Positions 29,354 to 38,827 of a stretch of DNA of 64,000 bases are shown here, in pieces. The position numbers and the translations under genes were made by a program. The notes under the pieces are model-generated. The model made no database searches. It saw only the letters and a program-made list of their open reading frames with translations, and had not been told where the DNA came from. The stretch is from the NCBI GenBank assembly GCA_963836235.1, contig CAWIIP010000002.1, positions 960,001 to 1,024,000 on the forward strand, given 5' to 3'. This DNA is from an uncultured Pseudomonadota bacterium. GTDB taxonomy: Bacteria; Oederibacteriota; Muellerivitia; Muellerivitales; Muellerivitaceae. Position 1 is the stretch's first letter, and each line of letters opens with the position of its first letter.

Positions 29354-31288
29354 TTATTTTTTATCTTTATCGACAGGTTCGTACTCAGCGTCAACCGGGC
29401 CTTCCTTCGGCTTTTCACCCTCAGCCTGTCCACCATTTTCGGCTTCCGGGCCGGAAGCCGCGCCTTGCTTCTCCGCTGAAGCTTTATACATAGCCTCGCC
29501 TAATTTCATGGAAGCTTGGCTCAGTTCCTCTGACGCCTTTTTAATGGCTTCCACGTCATCCCCGGCCAGGATCTTTTTCAGTTCCTCGAGTTTTTCCTCA
29601 ATCTTCTTCTTAGTCTCCGCGTCCACCTTGTCGCCATATTCCTTCAAGGCTTTTTCGGTGGAATAGGCCAGAGTATCAGCGTGGTTCTTGGCTTCGATCT
29701 TTTCTTTCTTTTTCTTATCCTCTTCGGCATGCAGTTCAGCGTCTTTCTGCATCTTCTTTATTTCTTCCTCCGACAAACCGGAAGAGGACTGAATGCGAAT
29801 GGACTGCTCCTTGCCCGTGCCCAAATCCTTGGCTCCAACATGAAGAATACCGTTGGCGTCGATGTTGAAAGTCACCTCAATCTGCGGAACCCCGCGTGGG
29901 GCTGGCGGTATTCCTACCAGGTCGAACCGGCCTAGGGTGCGGTTGTCCGCGGACATTTCCCTTTCGCCCTGTAACACATGGACGGACACCGTGCTTTGGC
30001 TGTCAGCGGCGGTCGAGAAGGTTTGGCTTTTCTTGACCGGGATCGTGGTATTGCGATCGATGATCTTGGTCATGACTCCCCCTAAGGTTTCCAAGCCCAG
30101 GGACAGGGGGGTCACATCCAATAGAATAACATCCTTCACTTCCCCCTTTAAGACACCGCCCTGGATGGCAGCGCCCACGGCCACCACTTCATCCGGGTTC
30201 ACGCCCTTGTGGGGCTCCTTTTTGAAGAAATCCTTCACGGCCTTGACTACCAAAGGCATTCGGGTCATGCCACCGACCAGCACCACTTCATGAATGTCGT
30301 CCACCGTTAACCCCGCGTCTTTCATGGCCTTCTTGCAGGGTTCCAAGGTTTTATCCACCATATCCGACACCAATTGTTCCAGTTTGGCCCGCGTCAACTT
30401 AACGTTTAAGTGTTTGGGACCGGAGGCGTCCGCCGTGATGAAGGGCAGGTTGATGTCGGTTTCTTGCGTCGTCGACAAGTCGATCTTGGCCTTCTCCGCC
30501 GTTTCTTTCAGGCGTTGCAGGGCCATGCGGTCGTTTTTTAAATCCACCCCGGTGTCTTTCTTGAATTCGTCGATGAGCCATTGGATGATGCGCTGGTCGA
30601 AATCGTCACCACCCAGGTGGGTGTCCCCATTGGTCGATTTAACTTCGAACACGCCATCACCTAATTCCAGCACGGAGATATCAAAGGTTCCCCCGCCCAA
30701 GTCATAGACGACGATCTTTTCGTTCTTTTGTTGCTTGTCCAAACCATAGGCTAGGGCGGCCGCGGTTGGCTCGTTGATGATGCGAAGCACGTTGAGTCCC
30801 GCGATTTTGCCCGCGTCTTTCGTGGCTTGCCGCTGGGCGTCATTGAAATAGGCCGGAACCGTGATGACGGCCTCGGTGATTTCGCTGCCCAAATAGGCTT
30901 CCGCGTCGGCCTTGAGCTTTTGTAGAATCATGGCGGATATCTCGGGAGGCGAATATTCCTTATCGTCCACCTTTACTCGCAAGTCACCGTTGGAAGCTTC
31001 CTTTAAGGTATAGGGAACCAACTTTTTATCCATTTCCACTTCCCCGTCATGCAGCTTGCGCCCCATGAAACGTTTGATGGAAAAAATCGTGTTCGTCGGA
31101 TTGGTGATGGCCTGATTTTTCGCGACCCGGCCCACTAATCTTTCCCCGGTTTTGGAGAACCCCACTACCGAAGGCGTAGTGCGGGCGCCCTCCGCGTTGG
31201 CGATCACCTTGGGCTCTCCGCCCTCCATGATGGCCATGCAGGAATTGGTCGTTCCTAAATCGATGCCTAATACTTTGTTCGTTGCCAT
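29354..31288 (-). CDS. dnaK: Chaperone DnaK
   Basis: [32 protein letters not shown]; start taken at MATNK. Confidence 0.98.
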   Translation of the reverse strand: MATNKVLGIDLGTTNSCMAIMEGGEPKVIANAEGARTTPSVVGFSKTGERLVGRVAKNQAITNPTNTIFSIKRFMGRKLHDGEVEMDKKLVPYTLKEASNGDLRVKVDDKEYSPPEISAMILQKLKADAEAYLGSEITEAVITVPAYFNDAQRQATKDAGKIAGLNVLRIINEPTAAALAYGLDKQQKNEKIVVYDLGGGTFDISVLELGDGVFEVKSTNGDTHLGGDDFDQRIIQWLIDEFKKDTGVDLKNDRMALQRLKETAEKAKIDLSTTQETDINLPFITADASGPKHLNVKLTRAKLEQLVSDMVDKTLEPCKKAMKDAGLTVDDIHEVVLVGGMTRMPLVVKAVKDFFKKEPHKGVNPDEVVAVGAAIQGGVLKGEVKDVILLDVTPLSLGLETLGGVMTKIIDRNTTIPVKKSQTFSTAADSQSTVSVHVLQGEREMSADNRTLGRFDLVGIPPAPRGVPQIEVTFNIDANGILHVGAKDLGTGKEQSIRIQSSSGLSEEEIKKMQKDAELHAEEDKKKKEKIEAKNHADTLAYSTEKALKEYGDKVDAETKKKIEEKLEELKKILAGDDVEAIKKASEELSQASMKLGEAMYKASAEKQGAASGPEAENGGQAEGEKPKEGPVDAEYEPVDKDKK

Positions 31289-31364
31289 AACTTTAACTCC
31301 TTTTGGTTTAAACCTTTTCGTCACCTACTATAGATTTTAAGACGGCAGCTTTTTATGACGCCTG

Positions 31365-31967
31365 TCAGCTCCCAGCCTTTTGATGATTCTTCGCCACTTT
31401 CACCAAGGCCGGCCTCAAGACCCGCTCATGGAGAACATAGCCGCTTTGCAATTCCTCCAGCACGGTCTCATCGGGAGCCTTGTCCGTTTCTTCCTGGAAC
31501 ATCACCTCGTGAAACCGGGGGTCAAATTTTTCTCCCAAGACCTTGATCTTGGTCACTCCGTGCTTTTCGAGCAAGGATTGAAACTGTTTCAAGGTCAACT
31601 CCACGCCTTGTTTCAAAACCAAAAGCCCTTTATCCGTATCGTCCGGCGGCAGGGCGCTGAGCGCCCTTTCCAAATTGTCCACAACCACCAGAAATTCCTT
31701 GAGAAGTCCGGCCTGTGAGAATTTAAGGAACTCTTCCTTTTCCTTCAAGGTCCGCTTCTTGTAGTTGTCAAAGTCCGAGGCCATCCAAACGAGCTGTTCT
31801 TTTATATCGTCGTGCTTTTTTTTCCATTCCTCCAGTTCGGCCTGAGCTTCCTTGGAAAGAACCGGCTCGTTCGGAATCACTGAGGCGTTTCCCGCGTCGT
31901 CGTATGTTTCCGCCTGGCTGGAAAGAATCTCAATTTCGGGTTCGGATTTGGCGTTCTTGTCCTGCAT
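31365..31967 (-). CDS. grpE: Nucleotide exchange factor GrpE
   Basis: DFDNYKKR, DNLERAL, FDPRFHE, GYVLHERVLRPALVKV. Confidence 0.96.
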   Translation of the reverse strand: MQDKNAKSEPEIEILSSQAETYDDAGNASVIPNEPVLSKEAQAELEEWKKKHDDIKEQLVWMASDFDNYKKRTLKEKEEFLKFSQAGLLKEFLVVVDNLERALSALPPDDTDKGLLVLKQGVELTLKQFQSLLEKHGVTKIKVLGEKFDPRFHEVMFQEETDKAPDETVLEELQSGYVLHERVLRPALVKVAKNHQKAGS

Positions 31968-31970
31968 AAG

Positions 31971-33005
31971 CTATTCTCCTCGCATCATCAAGGCTGATTC
32001 CAATTGGCGGGCCATATGGCTCACCAATCCCGCCACACGGTCATAAGCCATCCGGGTGGGCCCCAAAACTCCCAAAGCACCCACCACCTGGCCCTGGTAG
32101 TAATAAGGTATATGAACAAAAGAAAAACTTCGCAAGGAGGCCTGCGATAATTCCCGGCCGATTTCGACGGCCAATCCCGGCTTGGTCCATTGACGGCCTA
32201 GAATTTGGGCTAGGGATTGTTTTTCCTCCACCAATCGGACAACCTGTTCCATCATTTGATAATTATGGAACTCCGGTTGTTCCGTCAAGTAGGAAGCTCC
32301 CTCGAGATGGACTTCCTCGCTATCAAATTGGAGAGCGCTCTCGATCAATTTGAGGGCCGTTTCGATTATGCCAAGTTTCGTCTTTTTCACCGACTCCACT
32401 TCCCTCAAAAGGCTTTCCCGAATCTGGGACAGGGTCTTTCCGCCAAAACGGGAGTTCAAGAGTTGGGTGATTTTGACAATCTCCTTTAACCCGACTGGCC
32501 CCTCTAACCAAACTATTTCTTCTTTTACCAGTCCCTGCCCGAGAACCAGGATGACCATGACCTTCTTTGAATCGATGGCAACGATCTTAAAATGGTCTAG
32601 TGAAATTTCTTGGGGCACGTGGAAAACCGCAAGCCCCGCCAGATGGGTCATAGCCGAGAGAATCTTAGCCGTGTGACGCATAAGGGTCTCCACGGCCGCT
32701 TTGGACTTTTGGTATTCCTGCTCGATTTGGTTTTTTTCCTTCAGATTCAAAGCCCGCGCCTGCATGAGCCGGTCGACATAGAAACGATAACCCGAATCAA
32801 CGGGAATGCGTCCCGCCGAAGTATGGGGGTGGGTGAGATAGCCCCTCTTTTCCAAGTCCACCATGACGTTTCGGATGGTGGCCGAGGAGACATCCATTTT
32901 TTCGGCGATCAACTGGGACCCCACCGGCTTGGCGGTGGCCACATATTGGTGGATGACTGAGGAAAGCACGCTTTCTTCCCGTTCATATAATGGTTCAAAA
33001 ACCAT
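31971..33005 (-). CDS. hrcA: Heat-inducible transcription repressor HrcA
   Basis: PVGS, SSATIRN, PHTSAGRIP, GYRFYVD, GVLGPTRMAY. Confidence 0.96.
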   Translation of the reverse strand: MVFEPLYEREESVLSSVIHQYVATAKPVGSQLIAEKMDVSSATIRNVMVDLEKRGYLTHPHTSAGRIPVDSGYRFYVDRLMQARALNLKEKNQIEQEYQKSKAAVETLMRHTAKILSAMTHLAGLAVFHVPQEISLDHFKIVAIDSKKVMVILVLGQGLVKEEIVWLEGPVGLKEIVKITQLLNSRFGGKTLSQIRESLLREVESVKKTKLGIIETALKLIESALQFDSEEVHLEGASYLTEQPEFHNYQMMEQVVRLVEEKQSLAQILGRQWTKPGLAVEIGRELSQASLRSFSFVHIPYYYQGQVVGALGVLGPTRMAYDRVAGLVSHMARQLESALMMRGE

Positions 33006-33037
33006 AAAACTCAGCTCCTTAAGGTTTCAAGCCCTTC

Positions 33038-33065
33038 ATAATATGTAGGTAAAAAGGAAAGTCAA
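33038..33065 (-). promoter_or_regulatory. Putative sigma70-type promoter of hrcA
   Basis: TTGACT-N16-TATTAT upstream of an AAGGAG RBS. Confidence 0.5.
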
Positions 33066-33090
33066 CGCTGGATCGGGTGGTTAGAACGAG

Positions 33091-34200
33091 TTATGCGGCA
33101 AAAGTTTCCAAAATTCCATTTAAAACAAAATAGCCTTTGGAAGTTAACCTGTAGCGGCCTCCAGTTAAGGTTAGAAAGCCCTCTTTTAATAGTCGGTTGA
33201 GCTTGGCGTTCTTAGCAAAAGCATCGGAATGAATGTACCGATCGGCCTTGGCCTTCTCCACGCCTTCCCGGGTCCGCAATCCCAACATCAAGCTCTCCCA
33301 CTCACGAATGCTGTCGGAAAGATGTTCCAGTTGAAGAACTTCCCTTCCCTTCTGAATCCGGTCGATATATTCCATCAGGTCATCCCCGTGGCTATGTCTC
33401 AATCCGCCCACGGTTCCGACCGCCGAAAGCCCGAAACCCCAATAATCTTCCCCCCGCCAGATGTTCCAGTTGTGGCGGCAGGCCCTGTCAGGCTTGGCGA
33501 AATTGGAAACCTCATACTGTTCAAACCCCCGTTGGGCGAGATAGTCCTGGGCCCAGGCATATTCATCGGCCACCTCATCCTCGCTGGGAAGCGGCAACCC
33601 TTCGGTAACCTGTTTTGCCAAAGGAGTCCCTTCTTCCACCTGGAGGGCGTAAAGGGATAGATGCTCAGGGTTCAAGGCTACGACCTTCCGGAGAGATTCC
33701 TGAAACATAGCTAAAGTCTGTCCAGATAAGCCGAACATGAGATCAAGATTGATATTATCAAACCCCGCTTGCCGAGCATCGACGAAGGCCTTCTCCACCC
33801 GGTCCCACTCATGACCCCGGCCCAATTTTTTTAAGATCTCTTTTTGGAACGCCTGTGCCCCGAAGCTAAGGCGGTTGACTCCGAGCCAGCGGTAGCTTTG
33901 AAGCCTTTCACGGTCTACGGTTTCGGGATTGGCTTCCATAGAAATTTCAACCGAATCTTCAAAACCCGCTTTTCCCCGAAGAGCCCCAAGTACTTGTCCC
34001 AGCTTCTGCGGCAATAGCAAAGAAGGGGTTCCCCCGCCAAAATAAATGGTTTCTAGCGAATCCCTTAAGGACGAGGAAGCAATCTCTTTACAAACGGCAT
34101 CTACATAGTTCGACATCTTTCCTTCCAGACCGGCAAAAGAAGTAAAGTCGCAGTAGCTACAAATGGAACTACAAAAAGGAATGTGGACGTATGCGTTCAA
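33091..34200 (-). CDS. hemW: Radical SAM heme chaperone HemW
   Basis: YVHIPFCSSICSYCDF, GGGTPS, EANP, YEVSNF, HN..W; located between lepA and hrcA. Confidence 0.92.
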   Translation of the reverse strand: MNAYVHIPFCSSICSYCDFTSFAGLEGKMSNYVDAVCKEIASSSLRDSLETIYFGGGTPSLLLPQKLGQVLGALRGKAGFEDSVEISMEANPETVDRERLQSYRWLGVNRLSFGAQAFQKEILKKLGRGHEWDRVEKAFVDARQAGFDNINLDLMFGLSGQTLAMFQESLRKVVALNPEHLSLYALQVEEGTPLAKQVTEGLPLPSEDEVADEYAWAQDYLAQRGFEQYEVSNFAKPDRACRHNWNIWRGEDYWGFGLSAVGTVGGLRHSHGDDLMEYIDRIQKGREVLQLEHLSDSIREWESLMLGLRTREGVEKAKADRYIHSDAFAKNAKLNRLLKEGFLTLTGGRYRLTSKGYFVLNGILETFAA

Positions 34201-34224
34201 CTTAACACCTCATTAAATGACGGC

Positions 34225-34941
34225 TCAATGAACGAAATGGAACATCCGGCGGAAATCGGGAATAAAATCATTACTGTGCCAGTAAACAAACCAAGCCTTT
34301 CCCTTTATCATTTTCTCATCCAACTGTCCCCAATAACGGGAGTCGTAACTGTTGTCCCGATTGTCCCCCATCATGAAGTAATGGCCGGGTTGGATCGTAA
34401 CAGGGCCGAAGTTAACTTTGACCGAATCCGGTCCATCCTGAGCCACTGCCATCATCGGTGTCATGATGTGTTTGACGTAAGGCTCGACCTGTTTTTCCCC
34501 GTTGATAAAAAGCTCAGCGTTTCTTAATTCCAGCACGTCCCCCGGCGTTCCCATGCAACGCTTGATGAAGTCCTTGGAAGGGTCTTCCGGAAATACGAAA
34601 ACCACGATGTCTTTTCTTTTGGGCTTTTCGAATTCCAGGAACCGGGCGGTTTTGTTCAGGAAGGAATAGCCATATTCAAACTTATTGACCAAGATGTAAT
34701 CCCCCACCAAAAGTGTGTCTTCCATGGAACCGGAAGGGATGGTAAAAGGTTGGATAAGTACGGCCTTTAGGGACAGGGCTACAGCCATGGCGATCCAGAA
34801 AGAATCGATGGTTTCAACCGCATTCGCGTAAGCCGGATTTTTGCGGAAAGAGGGAATTAACCATCGGATCACAATTTGGACAAGGGTAAAAACCCCAAAG
34901 AGGATCCAAAGGATAGAGTTCAAATTCTCCATAATGTTCAT
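34225..34941 (-). CDS. lepB: Signal peptidase I
   Basis: IPSGSMEDTL, FIKR, MGDNRDNSYDSRYWG. Confidence 0.95.
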   Translation of the reverse strand: MNIMENLNSILWILFGVFTLVQIVIRWLIPSFRKNPAYANAVETIDSFWIAMAVALSLKAVLIQPFTIPSGSMEDTLLVGDYILVNKFEYGYSFLNKTARFLEFEKPKRKDIVVFVFPEDPSKDFIKRCMGTPGDVLELRNAELFINGEKQVEPYVKHIMTPMMAVAQDGPDSVKVNFGPVTIQPGHYFMMGDNRDNSYDSRYWGQLDEKMIKGKAWFVYWHSNDFIPDFRRMFHFVH

Positions 34942-34964
34942 TTCCAAATTCCTTTCAAATTTGC

Positions 34965-35037
34965 TGTCATTTCGAGCCCTTCGACTTTGCTCACTGTAGG
35001 GGATGAAGACTTCAACCTACGGAAGTTTGTCGAACCC
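34965..35037. repeat. REP-like palindromic element
   Basis: Nested inverted repeats TTCGAC/GTCGAA and GTAGG/CCTAC; single copy in the window. Confidence 0.35.
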
Positions 35038-35070
35038 GTTTAAATAAGTCTTTTATCAACCCTTGAAGTT

Positions 35071-36870
35071 TTACTCCTCGACTTTCAACACTGCCATAAA
35101 AGCTTCCTGTGGTATTTCGACGCTCCCGATGGACTTCATGCGCTTCTTTCCCTCTTTTTGTTTGTCCAAAAGCTTGCGTTTGCGTGAAATATCGCCCCCA
35201 TAACACTTGGCCAAAACGTCTTTCCGGCGGGCCCGGACCGTTTCCCGGGCGATGATCTTACCGCCGATGGCCGCCTGGATGGGCACCTCGAAAAGTTGTT
35301 GAGGGATAATTTCTTTCAGCTTTTCGGCGATCCCCCGGCCTCGGATTTCAGCCTTGTCCCGGTGAACCATGAAAGAAAGGGCGTCTACCGGTTCATTGTT
35401 CAGAAGGATATCCACTTTCACCACTTCCCCGACCTTGTATCCAATGGGTTCGTAATCCAACGACGCGTAACCCTTAGTGCAACTCTTGAGTTTGTCAAAG
35501 AAATCCATCACTACCTCAGCCAAGGGAAGCTCATAGGTAATAACCGCCCGGCTGGTATCCAGGAAATTCGTGTTTTTATGCAGGCCCCGCCGTTCCTGGC
35601 AAAGTGTCATGACCGAGCCGATATAGTCGGCGGGTACAATAATCTTGGCGTCAATGTAGGGCTCCTCAATTTCTTCGATTTCCGTGGGTCCGGGTAATTT
35701 GGAAGGATTGTCGATCGTAAAAGTTTCCCCGTTTGTCTTCTTGACCCGATAAACCACGCTGGGAGCGGTTGCGATAAGGTTGAGGTTATATTCCCTTTCC
35801 AGCCTTTCTTGCACAATTTCCATATGCAAAAGACCCAAAAATCCGCAACGAAACCCAAAAGACAAGGCCAAGGAAGTTTCGGGTTCATAAGAGAGCGCGG
35901 CATCAGAGAGTTTTAGTTTGGACAGGGCTTCCTTTAAGTCGTCATATTCATCCGAATTCACGGGGTAAAGCCCGCAAAAAACCATGGGGAGCACATCCTT
36001 AAAATCGGGAAGCGCCGCCGCCGTGGGGCGGATTTCATCGGTGATGGTATCCCCCACCTTGGCGTCTCGCACTTCCTTGACATTTGCGGCCACGTAACCG
36101 ACTTCGCCTGCCGCGAGCCTCTCGGTTTTTTCCATCTTGGGCTTGAAGACGCCCACTTCCTCCACCTCGAAGACTTTTCCGGTGGACATGAGTTTCATTT
36201 TACTTCCCTTGGCGATAGAACCATTCAAGAGCCGCACGAAGATGATGACCCCTCGGTAGATGTCGTACATAGAATCAAAAATGAGGCCCTTGAGCGGTTC
36301 GGCGGGTTCTCCCGTGGGAGGCGGCACCCGCTTCACGACCGCTTCCAGTATTTCCTCGATACCCAAACCCTCTTTAGCCGAGGCCGATATGGCTTCCTCC
36401 CCGGGTATGGCAAGCGATTCTTCCATTTGCTTCTTACAGCGCTCCACATCGGCGGCCGGCAGGTCGATTTTGTTGATGACGGGGACGATGGTTAGCTTTT
36501 GATCAAAGGCCAGAAAAGCATTCGCCAAGGTTTGAGCCTCGACCCCTTGGGAAGCATCAATGAGGAGTAACGCTCCCTCGCAGGCCTTAAGGCTCCGGGA
36601 AACCTCATAATTGAAGTCCACATGGCCCGGGGTATCAATCAAATTCATCTCATATTTTTGGCCATCCTTAGCCTTGTAGAAAAAACGCACCGCTTTGGCC
36701 TTGATGGTGATGCCCCGTTCCCGTTCCAAATCCATCTGATCCATCAATTGGGCTCGCATTTCCCGGGGCGGGATGGCCCCGGTAAACTCCAAAAGGCGGT
36801 CGGCAAGCGTGCTTTTACCGTGGTCGATATGGGCGATAATGCAGAAATTTCGGATATGCGAAAGCAACAA
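35071..36870 (-). CDS. lepA: Elongation factor 4
   Basis: [49 protein letters not shown]. Confidence 0.98.
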   Translation of the reverse strand: MLLSHIRNFCIIAHIDHGKSTLADRLLEFTGAIPPREMRAQLMDQMDLERERGITIKAKAVRFFYKAKDGQKYEMNLIDTPGHVDFNYEVSRSLKACEGALLLIDASQGVEAQTLANAFLAFDQKLTIVPVINKIDLPAADVERCKKQMEESLAIPGEEAISASAKEGLGIEEILEAVVKRVPPPTGEPAEPLKGLIFDSMYDIYRGVIIFVRLLNGSIAKGSKMKLMSTGKVFEVEEVGVFKPKMEKTERLAAGEVGYVAANVKEVRDAKVGDTITDEIRPTAAALPDFKDVLPMVFCGLYPVNSDEYDDLKEALSKLKLSDAALSYEPETSLALSFGFRCGFLGLLHMEIVQERLEREYNLNLIATAPSVVYRVKKTNGETFTIDNPSKLPGPTEIEEIEEPYIDAKIIVPADYIGSVMTLCQERRGLHKNTNFLDTSRAVITYELPLAEVVMDFFDKLKSCTKGYASLDYEPIGYKVGEVVKVDILLNNEPVDALSFMVHRDKAEIRGRGIAEKLKEIIPQQLFEVPIQAAIGGKIIARETVRARRKDVLAKCYGGDISRKRKLLDKQKEGKKRMKSIGSVEIPQEAFMAVLKVEE

Positions 36871-36992
36871 AACGGGTTTCCTTTTTTAATAGGTTTTAAA
36901 GGGGGCTTAGTATAGCAGGATGTTTTAAAAGTCCAATGCGGGCTGTTTTTGGAACAGGACGGGAGTAATAATTCAAAACCGTTCGTTTAAAT

Positions 36993-37022
36993 AAAAAAGC
37001 AGCTTGCCTTACGGAAAGCCGC
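36993..37022 (-). terminator. Intrinsic terminator closing the barrel/lipoprotein operon
   Basis: Minus strand GCGGCTTTCC-GTAA-GGCAAGCTGC followed by TTTTTT. Confidence 0.65.
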
Positions 37023-37038
37023 CTTTACTTTTTATCCA

Positions 37039-37881
37039 TCAATAAAACTGAACGTTATCAAACCAGAAATCGGTGTAAGTCGTCGAGCCCGCTCCATTAT
37101 CCCCGAACTTCCACAAAAGAAAAAGAACCTGTTTCTCAAACATGGGATTGGAGAGAAAAGCCGTGTTTTGATAATTTCCATAACCCGCATCCGTTTTGAA
37201 GCTGCTAAAAAGAAAGCTCACGGGTTTCCAACCGTCATTGACCGCGGGGTTCGTGGCCGGAAGATTAGCGGAAGTCCAAAAATAGTTGTAACAATTATTG
37301 CTAAAGTTTGGCGGACAAGTCCCTCCCTGATCGGTCGTGGGTGGAACCATGGGAGCGGATGCGATAGCAAACCGCTTTTGGGGATTATTGTCTCCTACCG
37401 TCACTCCCCCGGCCGTGCTATAGGGAAGTATTTTGACATCGAAGCGGATTCCGGTAAAAGAGGTTTGGGTCAGATCATAGTAGGGATTCGCGGCGTCATT
37501 TTTCATGAATCCGAAAACTTCCATAGCTGGATAGGTTGTTGGCAGGGGGTCGGTCTGCGGCCCGTAAATATGGACCGCATAAGCGCTTCCATCGCCTGGA
37601 TTAGGTATCAGGATATCGGGATTTTGGCTTCCATCGATCAAGTTGGCATGGCCTGCGGCACCACCATAGGTTTCCGAAAGGAAGTAGCCGCCATCGCCAT
37701 TTAAAAGAGTGGGGTTCATATTGAGCGTACCATTACTAAAATCGCTGATCACGCCTGAAGGCAAGGGAGTTGGGACGACCGCTGGTATGGCCGGCAGGGT
37801 TCCTTTACATCCCCCGGATAATAAGGCCATGGACAAAACAAGCAGGGTCAAAACCCCAAACCCAATCCATTTTTTTTTCAT
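37039..37881 (-). CDS. Lipoprotein with CBM11/CIA30-like beta-sandwich domain
   Basis: Lipobox LSGG-C; FTGIRF, GGTC...CYNYF, FWFDNVQFY. Confidence 0.65.
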   Translation of the reverse strand: MKKKWIGFGVLTLLVLSMALLSGGCKGTLPAIPAVVPTPLPSGVISDFSNGTLNMNPTLLNGDGGYFLSETYGGAAGHANLIDGSQNPDILIPNPGDGSAYAVHIYGPQTDPLPTTYPAMEVFGFMKNDAANPYYDLTQTSFTGIRFDVKILPYSTAGGVTVGDNNPQKRFAIASAPMVPPTTDQGGTCPPNFSNNCYNYFWTSANLPATNPAVNDGWKPVSFLFSSFKTDAGYGNYQNTAFLSNPMFEKQVLFLLWKFGDNGAGSTTYTDFWFDNVQFY

Positions 37882-37921
37882 GAAAAACCCCCTCACGCCA
37901 TTAACTTAAGTCTACCACGAA

Positions 37922-38827
37922 TCAATAAAACTCTACCTGATCTATCCAAAGGTCAAGGGTACAGGTTCCCGGAGAATTATTGCGCCCTTCTTCCCATTGA
38001 AGCCAAAGTACCTGTTGAAGATTTACTCCGCTCAAAGTGGGTGGATTGGGTATAGCGCCCGCCACCAATTGGTGAAGGTCGCTGAATAGGTAGTTAAACT
38101 GTTTCCACTCCCCCCCAGTACCAGCGCTGTAATCAGCCGCAAAATGGTCGTAGCAAAGCTTTGGTCCCGCTGTACAGCCGCCGCCGCCCGCCACGGCCTG
38201 GGTCTGATAGACCGGAATGGAAAAAGTCCGGTGCAACGCGGTATCCCCAGGGCCAACCTTCATCATAAACTTGACCCCCGTCCAAGCACTCGCGTCATAA
38301 AAATTTCCTCCCTCGAATTGGGCTTGAAGGTCGACGGAGGGATATTCAAAATCTCCCAGGTCAGTAACGGCCCCATTCTCATGAAAGGCGTACCCGTCCC
38401 CGTTTGCTCCGAGGAAATCCGCGTCACTGCCGATAGTGACAAACGCGGAAATCGAACTATTCCATAGTATCGCTTGAAGTCCTGGCCCCTGGACGTTGCC
38501 TGTAGTAACGGCTTTCGCTAAGGTTGGAAAATTATTTATCACCATAAAAGCTGCCTTATTTGTGGAAGTAACAAGGGGAGGTTCATCTTTTAAGGTATAA
38601 GTAGGTGGGTTATTCAACTCGAACAGATTGCTATTAATATATTGCCATTCGTTGGAATTAAACTGATCTATCCGGCTCTGGTTATTGACCGCAGCGGGCA
38701 TGTTATAAGCTCCTACCGGAGCGGCACTGCTGTTGCATCCCAGAATGAGTGTAATACTGGCGGACGCAAGAACCCCAGCCAAGGCGAGAACCCAGGTTTT
38801 CGACAATAAATTAAAATTGGATGGCAT
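37922..38827 (-). CDS. Lipoprotein with CBM11/CIA30-like domain
   Basis: Lipobox LILG-C; YDASAWTGVKF, GGGC...CYDHF, FSDL, LWIDQVEFY. Confidence 0.65.
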   Translation of the reverse strand: MPSNFNLLSKTWVLALAGVLASASITLILGCNSSAAPVGAYNMPAAVNNQSRIDQFNSNEWQYINSNLFELNNPPTYTLKDEPPLVTSTNKAAFMVINNFPTLAKAVTTGNVQGPGLQAILWNSSISAFVTIGSDADFLGANGDGYAFHENGAVTDLGDFEYPSVDLQAQFEGGNFYDASAWTGVKFMMKVGPGDTALHRTFSIPVYQTQAVAGGGGCTAGPKLCYDHFAADYSAGTGGEWKQFNYLFSDLHQLVAGAIPNPPTLSGVNLQQVLWLQWEEGRNNSPGTCTLDLWIDQVEFY

